Source: an uncultured Prolixibacteraceae bacterium (GTDB lineage Bacteria > Bacteroidota > Bacteroidia > Bacteroidales > FEN-979). From it: a stretch of 64,000 nt of DNA. Below the pieces are notes generated by a model, which saw only the letters and a list, made by a program, of their open reading frames with translations, had not been told where the DNA came from and searched no databases. This document shows, in pieces, positions 1-8,727 of the stretch. Position 1 is the first letter of the stretch. The number at the start of each line of letters is the position of its first letter. The translations under genes and the position numbers were made by a program. The stretch covers positions 1,635 to 65,634 of the forward strand of contig CAZTSX010000006.1 of NCBI GenBank assembly GCA_964616825.1. Direction: 5' to 3'.

Positions 1-82
1 GGAACATAATCGCAATGCACGACGGTACCAGAGGGCCTTCAGGAAACGGAATGCAAACTGATCCAGGTTAACTTGTTACTGA

Positions 83-973
83 ATGTATAGAGGTTATTTT
101 CTTCTGATATTGTTTTTTTCAGTTCAATTGGCCTGGGGTCAGAAGGACTCAACTAAAGCGAAACCTTTCTATCCAGATTCACTCAATAAAGGCAGACTCA
201 TTGGGGTACTGGCAACCCAGGGTTCAATCTATGCAGGTTCCATCACCGGACTCTATTTCCTCTGGTATAAAAACTACCCGCCAACATCGTTTCATTTTTA
301 TGACGACAACAATGAATGGCTACAGATGGATAAAATGGGCCATTTATTTTCTTCTTACTATTTCAGCCGGTTAATGTACGCTTCTTACCGCTGGGCCGGA
401 ATCAAAGAAAAGAGAGCCATCTTGTATGGAAGCCTGCTCACTTATGCGTTTTTGCTCAATATTGAGATTCTGGATGGATTCTCCGCTGAATGGGGATTCA
501 GCTGGGGAGATATTGCTGCAAACACTGCAGGGTGCTTGATCTTTGCGGGACAACAGCTCCTGTGGAAAGAGCAACGATTTGTCATCAAATACTCCTACTA
601 TCCAAGCAAATACATTAGCTACAATCCCGAACTTCTTGGGACAAACCTGCTTCAGAATTTAGTAAAAGATTATAATGGAATGACGTTCTGGCTATCTGGA
701 AATATCTCATCATTCATGCCAAAGCGATCTAAATTTCCGAAATGGATAAATATTGCCATCGGCTATGGTGCTGAAGGACTGGGTGTAAATAACGCAGATT
801 TCCCCCGTTACAGACAGTTTTACCTCTCCCTGGATGTGGACTTCACCCGGATTCCAACAAGATCGAGAACCCTGAAAGCAATTTTCAATATTTTAAATCT
901 GATCAAAGTTCCTTTCCCTGCCCTTGAATACAATACTCAGGGCAAGTTCAAATTTCACTATCTCTTCTTCTGA
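83..973 (+). CDS. DUF2279 (YfiM-like) family secreted protein, function unknown
   Basis: 296-aa ORF with N-terminal signal peptide (MYRGYFLLILFFSVQLAWG) and a core (DKMGHLFSSYY, FSWGDIAANTAG) that I recall from DUF2279. Family call is recall-based. Confidence 0.55.
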   Translation: MYRGYFLLILFFSVQLAWGQKDSTKAKPFYPDSLNKGRLIGVLATQGSIYAGSITGLYFLWYKNYPPTSFHFYDDNNEWLQMDKMGHLFSSYYFSRLMYASYRWAGIKEKRAILYGSLLTYAFLLNIEILDGFSAEWGFSWGDIAANTAGCLIFAGQQLLWKEQRFVIKYSYYPSKYISYNPELLGTNLLQNLVKDYNGMTFWLSGNISSFMPKRSKFPKWINIAIGYGAEGLGVNNADFPRYRQFYLSLDVDFTRIPTRSRTLKAIFNILNLIKVPFPALEYNTQGKFKFHYLFF

Positions 974-1031
974 CTGCATTAAAAAAAAACCTACCTTTAC
1001 TCTGCTTTTTCATCCCTTACATGTCTTTCTT

Positions 1032-1376
1032 ATGGAAGATCAACAAGAGAATAAATACGCGCATCCAGTCCAATACCACCTTCCTTATTCGAATGCCGTA
1101 TTGGTTCTGGGAATCCTCTCCATTGTTTTGAGTTTTTGGTACGTTTCCATTCTTGGCTTGGTCCTGAGTGTAATTGCACTCGTTCTGGCAAAAAAAGATC
1201 TGGCATTATACGCCAGTAATCGTTCACAATTTACCTACAGTTCATATCAAAAACTGAAGGCGGGAAGAGTTTGTGCGATTATCGGATTGGTCATTGCCAT
1301 TGTTTTCTTTTTCATCACACTTCTGTCTGTTCTCGGTATCCTTGCCACTATGCCCTTTTGGGGAATGATTGAATAA
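1032..1376 (+). CDS. small integral membrane protein (DUF4190 / CCC-motif-like family)
   Basis: In-frame ATG at 1032 (MEDQQENKY...) gives 114 aa with two long hydrophobic helices. The upstream part of track ORF 924.. overlaps the previous gene and looks non-coding. Confidence 0.6.
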   Translation: MEDQQENKYAHPVQYHLPYSNAVLVLGILSIVLSFWYVSILGLVLSVIALVLAKKDLALYASNRSQFTYSSYQKLKAGRVCAIIGLVIAIVFFFITLLSVLGILATMPFWGMIE

Positions 1377-1378
1377 CT

Positions 1379-2953
1379 ATGAAGATCCTGCCTGTAGATA
1401 AGATCCGGGAAGCGGATGCATGGACAATTGAACATGAACCCATTGCAGATATTAACCTGATGGAGCGTGCCTCTTCAGCCTGTTTTAACTGGCTGTTCCA
1501 GCACATTCCAACCACAAAAACGATAACCGTCATTGCCGGAACCGGAAACAATGGTGGCGACGGTCTGGCTATAGCACGGATGCTGGCTGAAAAAGATTAC
1601 CAGGTAGACATCCTCCTTGCCGGTAATCCGGATGAACTCTCACCGAGTTGCAAGATAAACTACGATAGATTTATTAAGTCAACGAATGGTGAAAGCAGAG
1701 TAACCATCCTGGGTAATAGTAAGAACTCTGGCACAAAGCAAACTCCCCTCCCTTCCTTGGGAGAGCCTGTCACAAGAACTCAAGGGTCCGGGGAAGGGGT
1801 AGTATTGATCGATGCCCTCTTCGGCAGCGGGCTTGCACGGCCGGTCACAGGTTTTTATGCTGATCTGATCAATCATATCAACCAACACAAAAACACAGTT
1901 ATCGCCATTGATGTTCCATCAGGTCTCTTCATCGATAAAACAGTAAAAGGATTAACCAGGCCGGTTATAGTAAAAGCAGACTACACACTGACTTTCTCAC
2001 CACCAAAGCAGGCTCTTTTTTATCCTGAAAACGATCCCTACATCGGCAGATGGATATTGCTGAATATTGGTCTCTCTGAGGAGTTCATTGAAATGACTGA
2101 AGTGAAGAATTTCATGGTGACCAAAGCTTCTGTCAAGCCGTTGATCCGGAAGCGCAATAAATTTGCACACAAAGGGGTGTTTGGCCATGCCCTTTTAATA
2201 TGTGGAGGGAAGGGAAAGATGGGAGCTGCTGTTCTTGCCGCCGGAGCATGTCTGCGATCGGGTTCCGGCCTGGTAACTGCCCGGGTTCCCGGATCGGGAG
2301 TGGAGATCCTTCAAACAGCCGTACCGGAAGCCATGCTGGATATCGACACGGATGAAGAAGTCTTTTCTGAGCTACCAAAGCTGGAAGTCTATTCAGCTAT
2401 TGGAATCGGGCCGGGTATCGGGTTAGAGAAGTGTACACAGAGTGCATTAAAGCTCCTGATCCAGGAAGGGATCCTGATGGTGATCGATGCTGATGCCATC
2501 AACATACTGGGAGAGAATAAAACCTGGCTTAGCTTCCTGCCTCCAGGCTGTATTTTAACACCTCATCCTAAAGAGTTTGAACGGATTGCTGGCAAAAGTA
2601 CAGATGATTTTGATCGAAACCGGTTGCAGCGTGAACTCTCCTTTAAATATTCCTGCTACATCGTCCTGAAAGGAGCTAATACAGCTATTACCACACCCGA
2701 TGGAAAATGTTTTTTTAACACTTCCGGCAATCCGGGCATGGCCACAGGGGGAAGCGGAGATGTGCTCACCGGAATCATCACAGGCCTGATGGCTCAGCAT
2801 TACAAGCCATTGGAAGCCTGTCTGATGGGGGTCTACCTGCATGGAGTGGCAGGTGACCTCGCAGCTGACAAATTGGGCTACGAAGCACTGATTGCAAGCG
2901 ATCTGGTCGACAATCTTGGAAACGCATTCCTTTCAATATATGGAGAACTATGA
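1379..2953 (+). CDS. nnr: bifunctional NAD(P)H-hydrate repair enzyme (epimerase / ADP-dependent dehydratase)
   Basis: N-terminal YjeF_N-type domain (GTGNNGGDG) is fused to a C-terminal carbohydrate-kinase-like domain (GGSGDVLTG). 524 aa. Confidence 0.9.
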   Translation: MKILPVDKIREADAWTIEHEPIADINLMERASSACFNWLFQHIPTTKTITVIAGTGNNGGDGLAIARMLAEKDYQVDILLAGNPDELSPSCKINYDRFIKSTNGESRVTILGNSKNSGTKQTPLPSLGEPVTRTQGSGEGVVLIDALFGSGLARPVTGFYADLINHINQHKNTVIAIDVPSGLFIDKTVKGLTRPVIVKADYTLTFSPPKQALFYPENDPYIGRWILLNIGLSEEFIEMTEVKNFMVTKASVKPLIRKRNKFAHKGVFGHALLICGGKGKMGAAVLAAGACLRSGSGLVTARVPGSGVEILQTAVPEAMLDIDTDEEVFSELPKLEVYSAIGIGPGIGLEKCTQSALKLLIQEGILMVIDADAINILGENKTWLSFLPPGCILTPHPKEFERIAGKSTDDFDRNRLQRELSFKYSCYIVLKGANTAITTPDGKCFFNTSGNPGMATGGSGDVLTGIITGLMAQHYKPLEACLMGVYLHGVAGDLAADKLGYEALIASDLVDNLGNAFLSIYGEL

Positions 2954-3203
2954 AGAGAAAGCGCTGGAACAGATAGTTCTGGCGCCCTATGTTCAAAAGA
3001 GTACGGAACTTAGAGGAAAATACAGGTATGTAGGTGGAAACCAGTTTCGCCATGCCTTCAGCACTTTTGCTATTCTGCTTGACTATCATTACATCGATCC
3101 TGTGTTGCTGAAAGCATCCATGATCCATGATGTGTTTGAAGATGTAGCATGTGTTTCAAAAAAGAGATCAACCAGGACATGTTGTTTGAATTATCCGATC
3201 TGA
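2940..3203 (+). CDS. short HD-motif ORF (SpoT/RelA-hydrolase-like H...HD..ED fragment), possibly frameshifted
   Basis: MENYEEK start overlaps the nnr stop. Motif FRHAFSTFAILL...LLKASMIHDVFED resembles the HD domain of (p)ppGpp hydrolases. The ORF is much shorter than such enzymes. See the finding on the A6 run. Confidence 0.35.
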   Translation: MENYEEKALEQIVLAPYVQKSTELRGKYRYVGGNQFRHAFSTFAILLDYHYIDPVLLKASMIHDVFEDVACVSKKRSTRTCCLNYPI

Positions 3204-3271
3204 TCAAAAGACGTGAATCCAGCATGAAGTTTGCTGCCCCGGTCTGGCCTATGCAACGAAAAAAACAGTGA

Positions 3272-5128
3272 TTAGTTGAGTTGTGGATTTTGCAGGATAT
3301 CATTCTCAACCCGGAGATTATCAATGATAAATCCCTGACGCTCCGGCGTATTCTTCCCCATGTAAAAAGTCAGCACCTCCTGAATCGATGCATCTTTGGA
3401 GAGCAGAACAGGATCCAGCCGGATATTTGATCCGATAAAGTGACTGAATTCATTCGGGGAGATCTCTCCCAATCCTTTAAAGCGGGTGATCTCGGGATTC
3501 CCTCCCAGGGTTTCAATCGCAGATCTCTTCTCCTCGTCCGAGTAACAATAAATAGTTTTTTTCTTGTTTCTCACCCGAAACAATGGTGTTTGCAGGATAT
3601 AAAGATGTCCGTTTCTGACCAGATCGGGGAAAAACTGCAGGAAGAATGTAAGCAACAGCAACCGGATATGCATGCCATCAACATCGGCATCCGTAGCGAT
3701 CACAACATGATTGTATCTCAGGTGTTCCAATCCCTCCTCGATATTCAGCGCCGCCTGGAGGAGGTTGAATTCATCATTCTCATAGACAACCCGCTTACTC
3801 AATCCAAAAACGTTTAACGGTTTTCCCTTCAGTGAAAATACCGCCTGAGTGTTCACATCTCGTGCTTTGGTAATCGATCCGCTGGCTGAATCTCCCTCGG
3901 TGATAAAAATCGTTGATTCAAACTTCCGGTCATTATGATTATTATAATGAATTCTGCAATCACGTAATTTCTTGTTATGCAGGCTCACCTTCTTTACACT
4001 CTCCTTAGCGATCTTCTTGATGTTAGCCAGGTCCTTTCGCTCCTTCTCACTCTGCAAGATTTTTCGGTGAAGTGACTCTGCTGTATCTGTATTGATATGC
4101 AGGAAGTTATCCAGATTCCGTTTGACGATGTCCATGATATAATTCCGGATCGTCTGCCCGTCAGGTTCTATCAGTTGAGATCCCAGTTTGGTCTTGGTCT
4201 GTGATTCAAATACCGGATCCTGAACCTTAATGCTGATAGAAGCAACCAGGGAAGCCTTGATATCACTGGTATCAAAATCCTTCTTATAGAAATCGCGGAT
4301 GGTCTTCACCAGCGCTTCCCGGAAAGCCGCCTGATGAGTTCCTCCCTGTGTGGTATGTTGTCCGTTCACAAAAGAGTAATACTCTTCTCCATATTTCTCA
4401 CAGTGAGTGAAAGCGAATTCAAAATCCCCTTCCTCCACATGGATGACAGGATAGAATACGGGTGAGTCAATGTAACTATTCAACAGATCGAGTAAACCGT
4501 TACTGGAGTGGTACTTTTCGCCGTTGAAGATGATCGAAAGCCCGTTGTTCAGGTAAGCATAATTCCAGAGCATCTTCTGTACATATTCAGGAATGAAGTG
4601 AAAGTTCCCGAAGAGTTCATCATCAGGAACAATGGTCACAATCGTCCCATTGCGTAACTCGCAATCCTTCTCAGTCTCTTCGGTAGTGATCACCCCTTTC
4701 TTAAACTCCACAATCTTTGTCTTCCCGTCGCGTACCGACTGTACTCTGAAATAATTCGACAGGGCATTGACGACTTTCGACCCTACTCCATTTAATCCGA
4801 CTGCTTTCTTGAATACCTTCGAATCGTATTTAGCGCCAGTGTTGATTTTTGACACACACTCCACCAGCTTTCCAAGCGGCATCCCCCGTCCATAGTCACG
4901 CACACACACCTGCTGGTCATTGATCGTCACCTCAATTGTCTTTCCAAAACCCATTACAAACTCATCGATGGAGTTATCCAGGATCTCTTTGATCAGGACA
5001 TAAATTCCATCATCAGGTGAAGCTCCGTCTCCAAGCTTCCCGATATACATCCCGGGACGAATGCGAATATGTTGCTTCCAGTCAAGCGACCGAATACTCT
5101 CTTCTGTGTATTTATCAGGTTGAAACAT
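3272..5128 (-). CDS. parE: DNA topoisomerase IV subunit B (type IIA topoisomerase ATPase)
   Basis: GHKL ATPase and TOPRIM motifs ([38 protein letters not shown]). N-terminus [24 protein letters not shown] matches Bacteroidota ParE as I recall it. Start set at MFQPDKY because a TATATTTG box lies inside the longer track ORF. Confidence 0.8.
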   Translation of the reverse strand: MFQPDKYTEESIRSLDWKQHIRIRPGMYIGKLGDGASPDDGIYVLIKEILDNSIDEFVMGFGKTIEVTINDQQVCVRDYGRGMPLGKLVECVSKINTGAKYDSKVFKKAVGLNGVGSKVVNALSNYFRVQSVRDGKTKIVEFKKGVITTEETEKDCELRNGTIVTIVPDDELFGNFHFIPEYVQKMLWNYAYLNNGLSIIFNGEKYHSSNGLLDLLNSYIDSPVFYPVIHVEEGDFEFAFTHCEKYGEEYYSFVNGQHTTQGGTHQAAFREALVKTIRDFYKKDFDTSDIKASLVASISIKVQDPVFESQTKTKLGSQLIEPDGQTIRNYIMDIVKRNLDNFLHINTDTAESLHRKILQSEKERKDLANIKKIAKESVKKVSLHNKKLRDCRIHYNNHNDRKFESTIFITEGDSASGSITKARDVNTQAVFSLKGKPLNVFGLSKRVVYENDEFNLLQAALNIEEGLEHLRYNHVVIATDADVDGMHIRLLLLTFFLQFFPDLVRNGHLYILQTPLFRVRNKKKTIYCYSDEEKRSAIETLGGNPEITRFKGLGEISPNEFSHFIGSNIRLDPVLLSKDASIQEVLTFYMGKNTPERQGFIIDNLRVENDILQNPQLN

Positions 5129-5150
5129 CCTGCTTCTTCGTTCTGCGGTG

Positions 5151-5158
5151 CAAATATA
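5151..5158 (-). promoter_or_regulatory. -7 box TATATTTG upstream of parE
   Basis: Matches the Bacteroidota sigma-A consensus TAnnTTTG. Lies 22 nt upstream of the proposed parE ATG. Confidence 0.5.
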
Positions 5159-5252
5159 ACGGAAAGCAATGCCCACGAAGTATCAATGAGAAAGAGTTTT
5201 CAAAAAGAAATGAACAAAGAGTAGTGAATAGGAAATACAGTAATGTGCTTTT

Positions 5253-6431
5253 TTAAATATATCCGAGAATATTTCTGTATATCTCTGTCATCTGGTTTCC
5301 CACTGCCTCTGGAGTATATTTATCCTGTATACCTTCTCTGATAGCATCTCTGTCAAACGAATCATACCGATCAAGCATCTCCCTCAATGCATCTCTTAAT
5401 GCATCTTCATCTTCCGTGGGTACAATGATGCCATTGGAAGAATTAATTACCTCAGGAACGATACCCACATCCGTAGCTACAACAGGTGTCCCGCAGGCCA
5501 GGCTTTCAATCACAATAGTCCCAAACGTTTCATACCGGCTGGAAAGAACACAAAAGTCAGATTGCTGATAAAGATCTGCCAGTTCCTTTCCCTCTTTTAA
5601 TCCGACAAAAAAAACGCAATCCTCCAGCAATCCTAATTCCATAGCCAGATTCTGCATATCCTCCAGATCCGGCCCCTCTCCAACCATGATACAACGGAAA
5701 TCACTTCGCTCAGCCTGGAGTTGGTTTACAGCAGCCAGAAACCCTGAAATATTTTTGGATCTATCCTCAAAACAGGAGACGTGGCTGAAAAGTTTCAATG
5801 GTTTATTCCTTGCCCCGTGAGAAGGTGAAAACAACATGGTGTCGATCACGTTTGGCACAATGTGATCGTTCCGGTTTCGTAACCGATTTGCCTGCATGGC
5901 ATGCTGTAGCTTCTCGGAAACAGTAATAACAGCTACTGCCTTCCGAACCACATACCGGGTTAGAAATTTCCGTGCTCCACCTTTGTACGTATTGTTTTCA
6001 GGAAAATACCTGGACCAATGTTCAGAGATGACATGTGGAGCCTTCAGTCGCCGGGAAAGCCAGTGCCCTATGACACCGGTTCGGGTTAATATGTGTGAAT
6101 GAATAATATCTGGAGAAAAATCACCAGCCATATCCAGCCCTCTCAGGTGAGCACGTACAAACCTGAACAGATGAACAAACGAGCTAAAGAATGAGGCAGA
6201 GGGGGCAGAAACCTGATAATAAACCCGGATCACATTCACGCCCTGCTCTTCCGCGTAGTCGATTTCAAATTCGCTTGGACACTCCGGATCAGGATGCACA
6301 TAAAGCACCACCACCTGATTCGATTTCGCCAATGCCACTGCCTGCCGTTGAATAAATAATCCGGGCATGGGATCATGTCGGTTGGGATACCAGCGAGGGA
6401 GAAAGAGAATGTTCAGGGGAGAGGGGGACAT
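5253..6431 (-). CDS. glycosyltransferase family 4
   Basis: 392 aa. C-terminal GT-B retaining-type signature (SRYETFGTIVIESLACGTPVVATDVG). Confidence 0.85.
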   Translation of the reverse strand: MSPSPLNILFLPRWYPNRHDPMPGLFIQRQAVALAKSNQVVVLYVHPDPECPSEFEIDYAEEQGVNVIRVYYQVSAPSASFFSSFVHLFRFVRAHLRGLDMAGDFSPDIIHSHILTRTGVIGHWLSRRLKAPHVISEHWSRYFPENNTYKGGARKFLTRYVVRKAVAVITVSEKLQHAMQANRLRNRNDHIVPNVIDTMLFSPSHGARNKPLKLFSHVSCFEDRSKNISGFLAAVNQLQAERSDFRCIMVGEGPDLEDMQNLAMELGLLEDCVFFVGLKEGKELADLYQQSDFCVLSSRYETFGTIVIESLACGTPVVATDVGIVPEVINSSNGIIVPTEDEDALRDALREMLDRYDSFDRDAIREGIQDKYTPEAVGNQMTEIYRNILGYI

Positions 6432-6439
6432 GAAACAAA

Positions 6440-6467
6440 ATTACGATTTACGATTTACGAATTACGA
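6440..6467. repeat. heptamer array WTTACGA x4
   Basis: ATTACGA TTTACGA TTTACGA ATTACGA read directly. Ends inside a TAATTTTG box (minus strand) 4 nt from the GT4 start codon. Confidence 0.9.
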
Positions 6468-6610
6468 ATATCTGTTTGATTAAACAGCTTTTTCTATCCA
6501 GTTTATTTGTTGCTAGTTTCCGTTTTCATTAATAATATATAATTGATATCATTCTAAAAATTTTCATTTTTTGAAATTGAAACTAACAGATCAGCATCCA
6601 TTTATCAAGA

Positions 6611-6646
6611 ATCCAGCTATCCAGGATCCAGGATCTAGCATCCATT
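6611..6646. repeat. 7-8 nt array ATCCAGN x5
   Basis: ATCCAGCT ATCCAGG ATCCAGG ATCTAGC ATCCATT. The stop codon of the nadR-like gene (6635-6637) lies in the ATCTAGC unit. Confidence 0.85.
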
Positions 6647-7156
6647 AAAACAACCTTCTATCCAATTTATTGCATTCTGAAGCCGCTCACCACCCAAACC
6701 GGAAACCACCCGGAAGTTCCAGCCTCGCTCTATCATCTCATTGTAGTATAGGCTGAACAGATGTTCCCGCATTTGCGGGTGTTCCCGCTGTGGATCGTAT
6801 TCCCAGGGTGTATCAATGTTACAAAGCAGATAAAGGTCGTAGGTATGGGTAACCAGGCTCTCCAATATCCATGGGTCACAGCGTTTGAAGGCTACATCAC
6901 TCCAGATCTTGGTCACCATCAAGTCTGTGTCGCAGAAGAGATAGTTGTTGGCCTGTTGTTCAAGATCCCGCTCCCGGTTAAGCTGTCCGTGCGCAATGGT
7001 TAATATATCACCTTCCTCATAAGGGCGCCCAAGGGTATCAATATAGTCGCGGGCAAACTCCGGCACCCAGACAGTCCCATAATGGTCTGCCAACTGCTTC
7101 GAAAGCTTCGACTTCCCCGTTGACTCAGGCCCGGTAATTGCAATTTTTCTTGTCAT
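6635..7156 (-). CDS. NadR-type ribosylnicotinamide kinase-like ATPase
   Basis: Walker A GPESTGKS. 173 aa with similarity to the RNK domain of NadR. Lies immediately downstream of pnuC on the same strand. Confidence 0.7.
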   Translation of the reverse strand: MTRKIAITGPESTGKSKLSKQLADHYGTVWVPEFARDYIDTLGRPYEEGDILTIAHGQLNRERDLEQQANNYLFCDTDLMVTKIWSDVAFKRCDPWILESLVTHTYDLYLLCNIDTPWEYDPQREHPQMREHLFSLYYNEMIERGWNFRVVSGLGGERLQNAINWIEGCFNGC

Positions 7157-7170
7157 CCGGCCATTTTTTA

Positions 7171-7220
7171 CCCCTAAATCCCCTGAAGGGGACTTACTCC
7201 CCCTTTAGGGGGCCGGGGGG
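7171..7220. other. GC-rich double-hairpin element between pnuC and the nadR-like gene
   Basis: CCCCTAAATCCCCTGAAGGGGACTTACTCCCCCTTTAGGGGGCCGGGGGG. Hairpins TCCCC-TGAA-GGGGA and CCCCC-TTTA-GGGGG. Outer pairing CCCCTAAA / TTTAGGGG. Confidence 0.75.
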
Positions 7221-7812
7221 TATTGTCAAGTTTCCCTCTCCACTCAATGAACCCAAATACAGCGATCACAGTAAATACCACAAACTGGAAAGCGCTGAAA
7301 TAAAGGTTCAACCAAATGAACATGCCAATTGATATGATGTCTCCTGCAATCCAGAGGAGCCAGTGTTCGATCTTTTTCTGAGCCAATAACCACATAGCAA
7401 TGATGTAGATAGAGGTAGTGAGAGCATCCCAGGATGGAATCTCACTATCGGTATAGCGATCCAGAAGAAATTGCAGGAGGAAAAAGAATGCGATGATCAG
7501 CGCTGTATAAAGTAAAATTCCCGGCAGCTTTAATCGGGAAATATAAATCCGTTCGTCTTTTTTATTTTTCCGAAGCCAATTATACCAGCCATATGCACTC
7601 ATGACCGCATAAAATACGTTTATCCCGGCATAGGCATATAGTTTCGAATTGTAACAGATGTAAACGTAGATCAATACGTTAATTATTCCCAGGGGATAGA
7701 CCAGTATATTCTCTTTCTTCATGAACCAGACACTGGTCAGTCCGCACAAAACAGCGAAGATCTCAAGGATGCTGGTCGGGGCACCCAGAATATGAATGGG
7801 ATCGGTAAGCAA
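7174..7812 (-). CDS. pnuC: nicotinamide riboside transporter PnuC
   Basis: Multi-pass membrane protein with PnuC-type N-terminus (LEIFAVLCGLTSVWFMKKENI) and WxW-rich helices. Apparent TTG start. The last ~18 codons are read through a GC-rich hairpin element. Confidence 0.85.
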   Translation of the reverse strand: MLTDPIHILGAPTSILEIFAVLCGLTSVWFMKKENILVYPLGIINVLIYVYICYNSKLYAYAGINVFYAVMSAYGWYNWLRKNKKDERIYISRLKLPGILLYTALIIAFFFLLQFLLDRYTDSEIPSWDALTTSIYIIAMWLLAQKKIEHWLLWIAGDIISIGMFIWLNLYFSAFQFVVFTVIAVFGFIEWRGKLDNTPRPPKGGVSPLQGI

Positions 7813-7858
7813 AGTAGCAGGATTGTATGATTATCCAGCAAAGATAATTGTAAAAGTG

Positions 7859-7866
7859 TAAATTTG
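7859..7866 (+). promoter_or_regulatory. -7 box TAAATTTG upstream of dedA-family gene
   Basis: TAnnTTTG match 24 nt upstream of ATG 7891. Confidence 0.45.
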
Positions 7867-7890
7867 CCCCCAATAGAAGATATATAGAAT

Positions 7891-8556
7891 ATGATTGAAG
7901 CAATTGAATTCCTTATCGATTTTATTCTCCACATCGATAAACACCTCCTGCAGATTGTTTCCGATTACAAGACCTGGACCTACCTGATCCTTTTCGCCAT
8001 TATCTTTATGGAAACAGGTTTTGTTGTTACGCCGTTCCTCCCGGGCGACTCCCTGCTCTTTGCTGCCGGCACCATCGCTGCCATGGATGGGAATCCACTC
8101 AATATTGTTTTTATCATTCCTCTGCTGATTGCTGCTGCATTCCTTGGCGATAACACCAACTATTTTATTGGTAAGTTCCTGGGACATAAAGTGTATGAAA
8201 AAAACTATAAACTGATCAAACGAAGCTACCTGGATAAAACCCATGAGTTTTATGAAAAGCATGGCCGGATCACCATCATCATTGCCAGGTTCATGCCGAT
8301 CCTCCGTACGTTTGCTCCCTTTGTGGCAGGTGTTGGGACCATGCGATATGTCCGTTTTGTATCATTCAGTTTCATTGGAAATGTCATATGGATCACTCTC
8401 TTTTCAACGGCAGGATATTTCTTCGGAAACATCCCTTTCATTAAAGAAAACTTTACCATCGCCATTCTTGGGATCATTCTGATTTCCATACTCCCGATGA
8501 TCATTGCAGGCATCAGAAAGTTCCTTGAAAACCGGAAAAGGAAACGTACTCCATGA
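7891..8556 (+). CDS. DedA family membrane protein
   Basis: Characteristic motif FVVTPFLPGDSLLFAAG plus RFMPILRTFAPFVAG. 221 aa. Confidence 0.85.
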   Translation: MIEAIEFLIDFILHIDKHLLQIVSDYKTWTYLILFAIIFMETGFVVTPFLPGDSLLFAAGTIAAMDGNPLNIVFIIPLLIAAAFLGDNTNYFIGKFLGHKVYEKNYKLIKRSYLDKTHEFYEKHGRITIIIARFMPILRTFAPFVAGVGTMRYVRFVSFSFIGNVIWITLFSTAGYFFGNIPFIKENFTIAILGIILISILPMIIAGIRKFLENRKRKRTP

Positions 8557-8641
8557 GGCGTTCGATCCATAAAAGTCAGATAACCGGTCCTGCTCACCCG
8601 TCATGATCAGAACAAGAATCATACGTAATTGATTGCCAGGT

Positions 8642-8725
8642 GTGAAACGTGAGACGTGAAAATGCAGGAATGTAGGAATGCAGGAATTAACAATTAGACT
8701 TGAACCTCGTCCCTCGACCATCGAA
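8642..8725. repeat. three consecutive x3 arrays: GTGARAM (7), ATGYAGGA (8), CMTCGWM (7)
   Basis: GTGAAAC GTGAGAC GTGAAAA (8642-62). ATGCAGGA ATGTAGGA ATGCAGGA (8662-85). CCTCGTC CCTCGAC CATCGAA (8705-25). Confidence 0.85.
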
Positions 8726-8727
8726 CC

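Noticed and set aside
1-61. Possible 3' end of a plus-strand gene (..RYQRAFRKRNAN, stop at 59-61)
   Set aside because: Only 19 codons are visible. That is too little to support a call.
7138-7332. 64-aa plus-strand ORF (..PLNPLKGTYSPFRGPGG..)
   Set aside because: It is a translation of the GC-rich hairpin element and the antisense of pnuC. It is not a gene.
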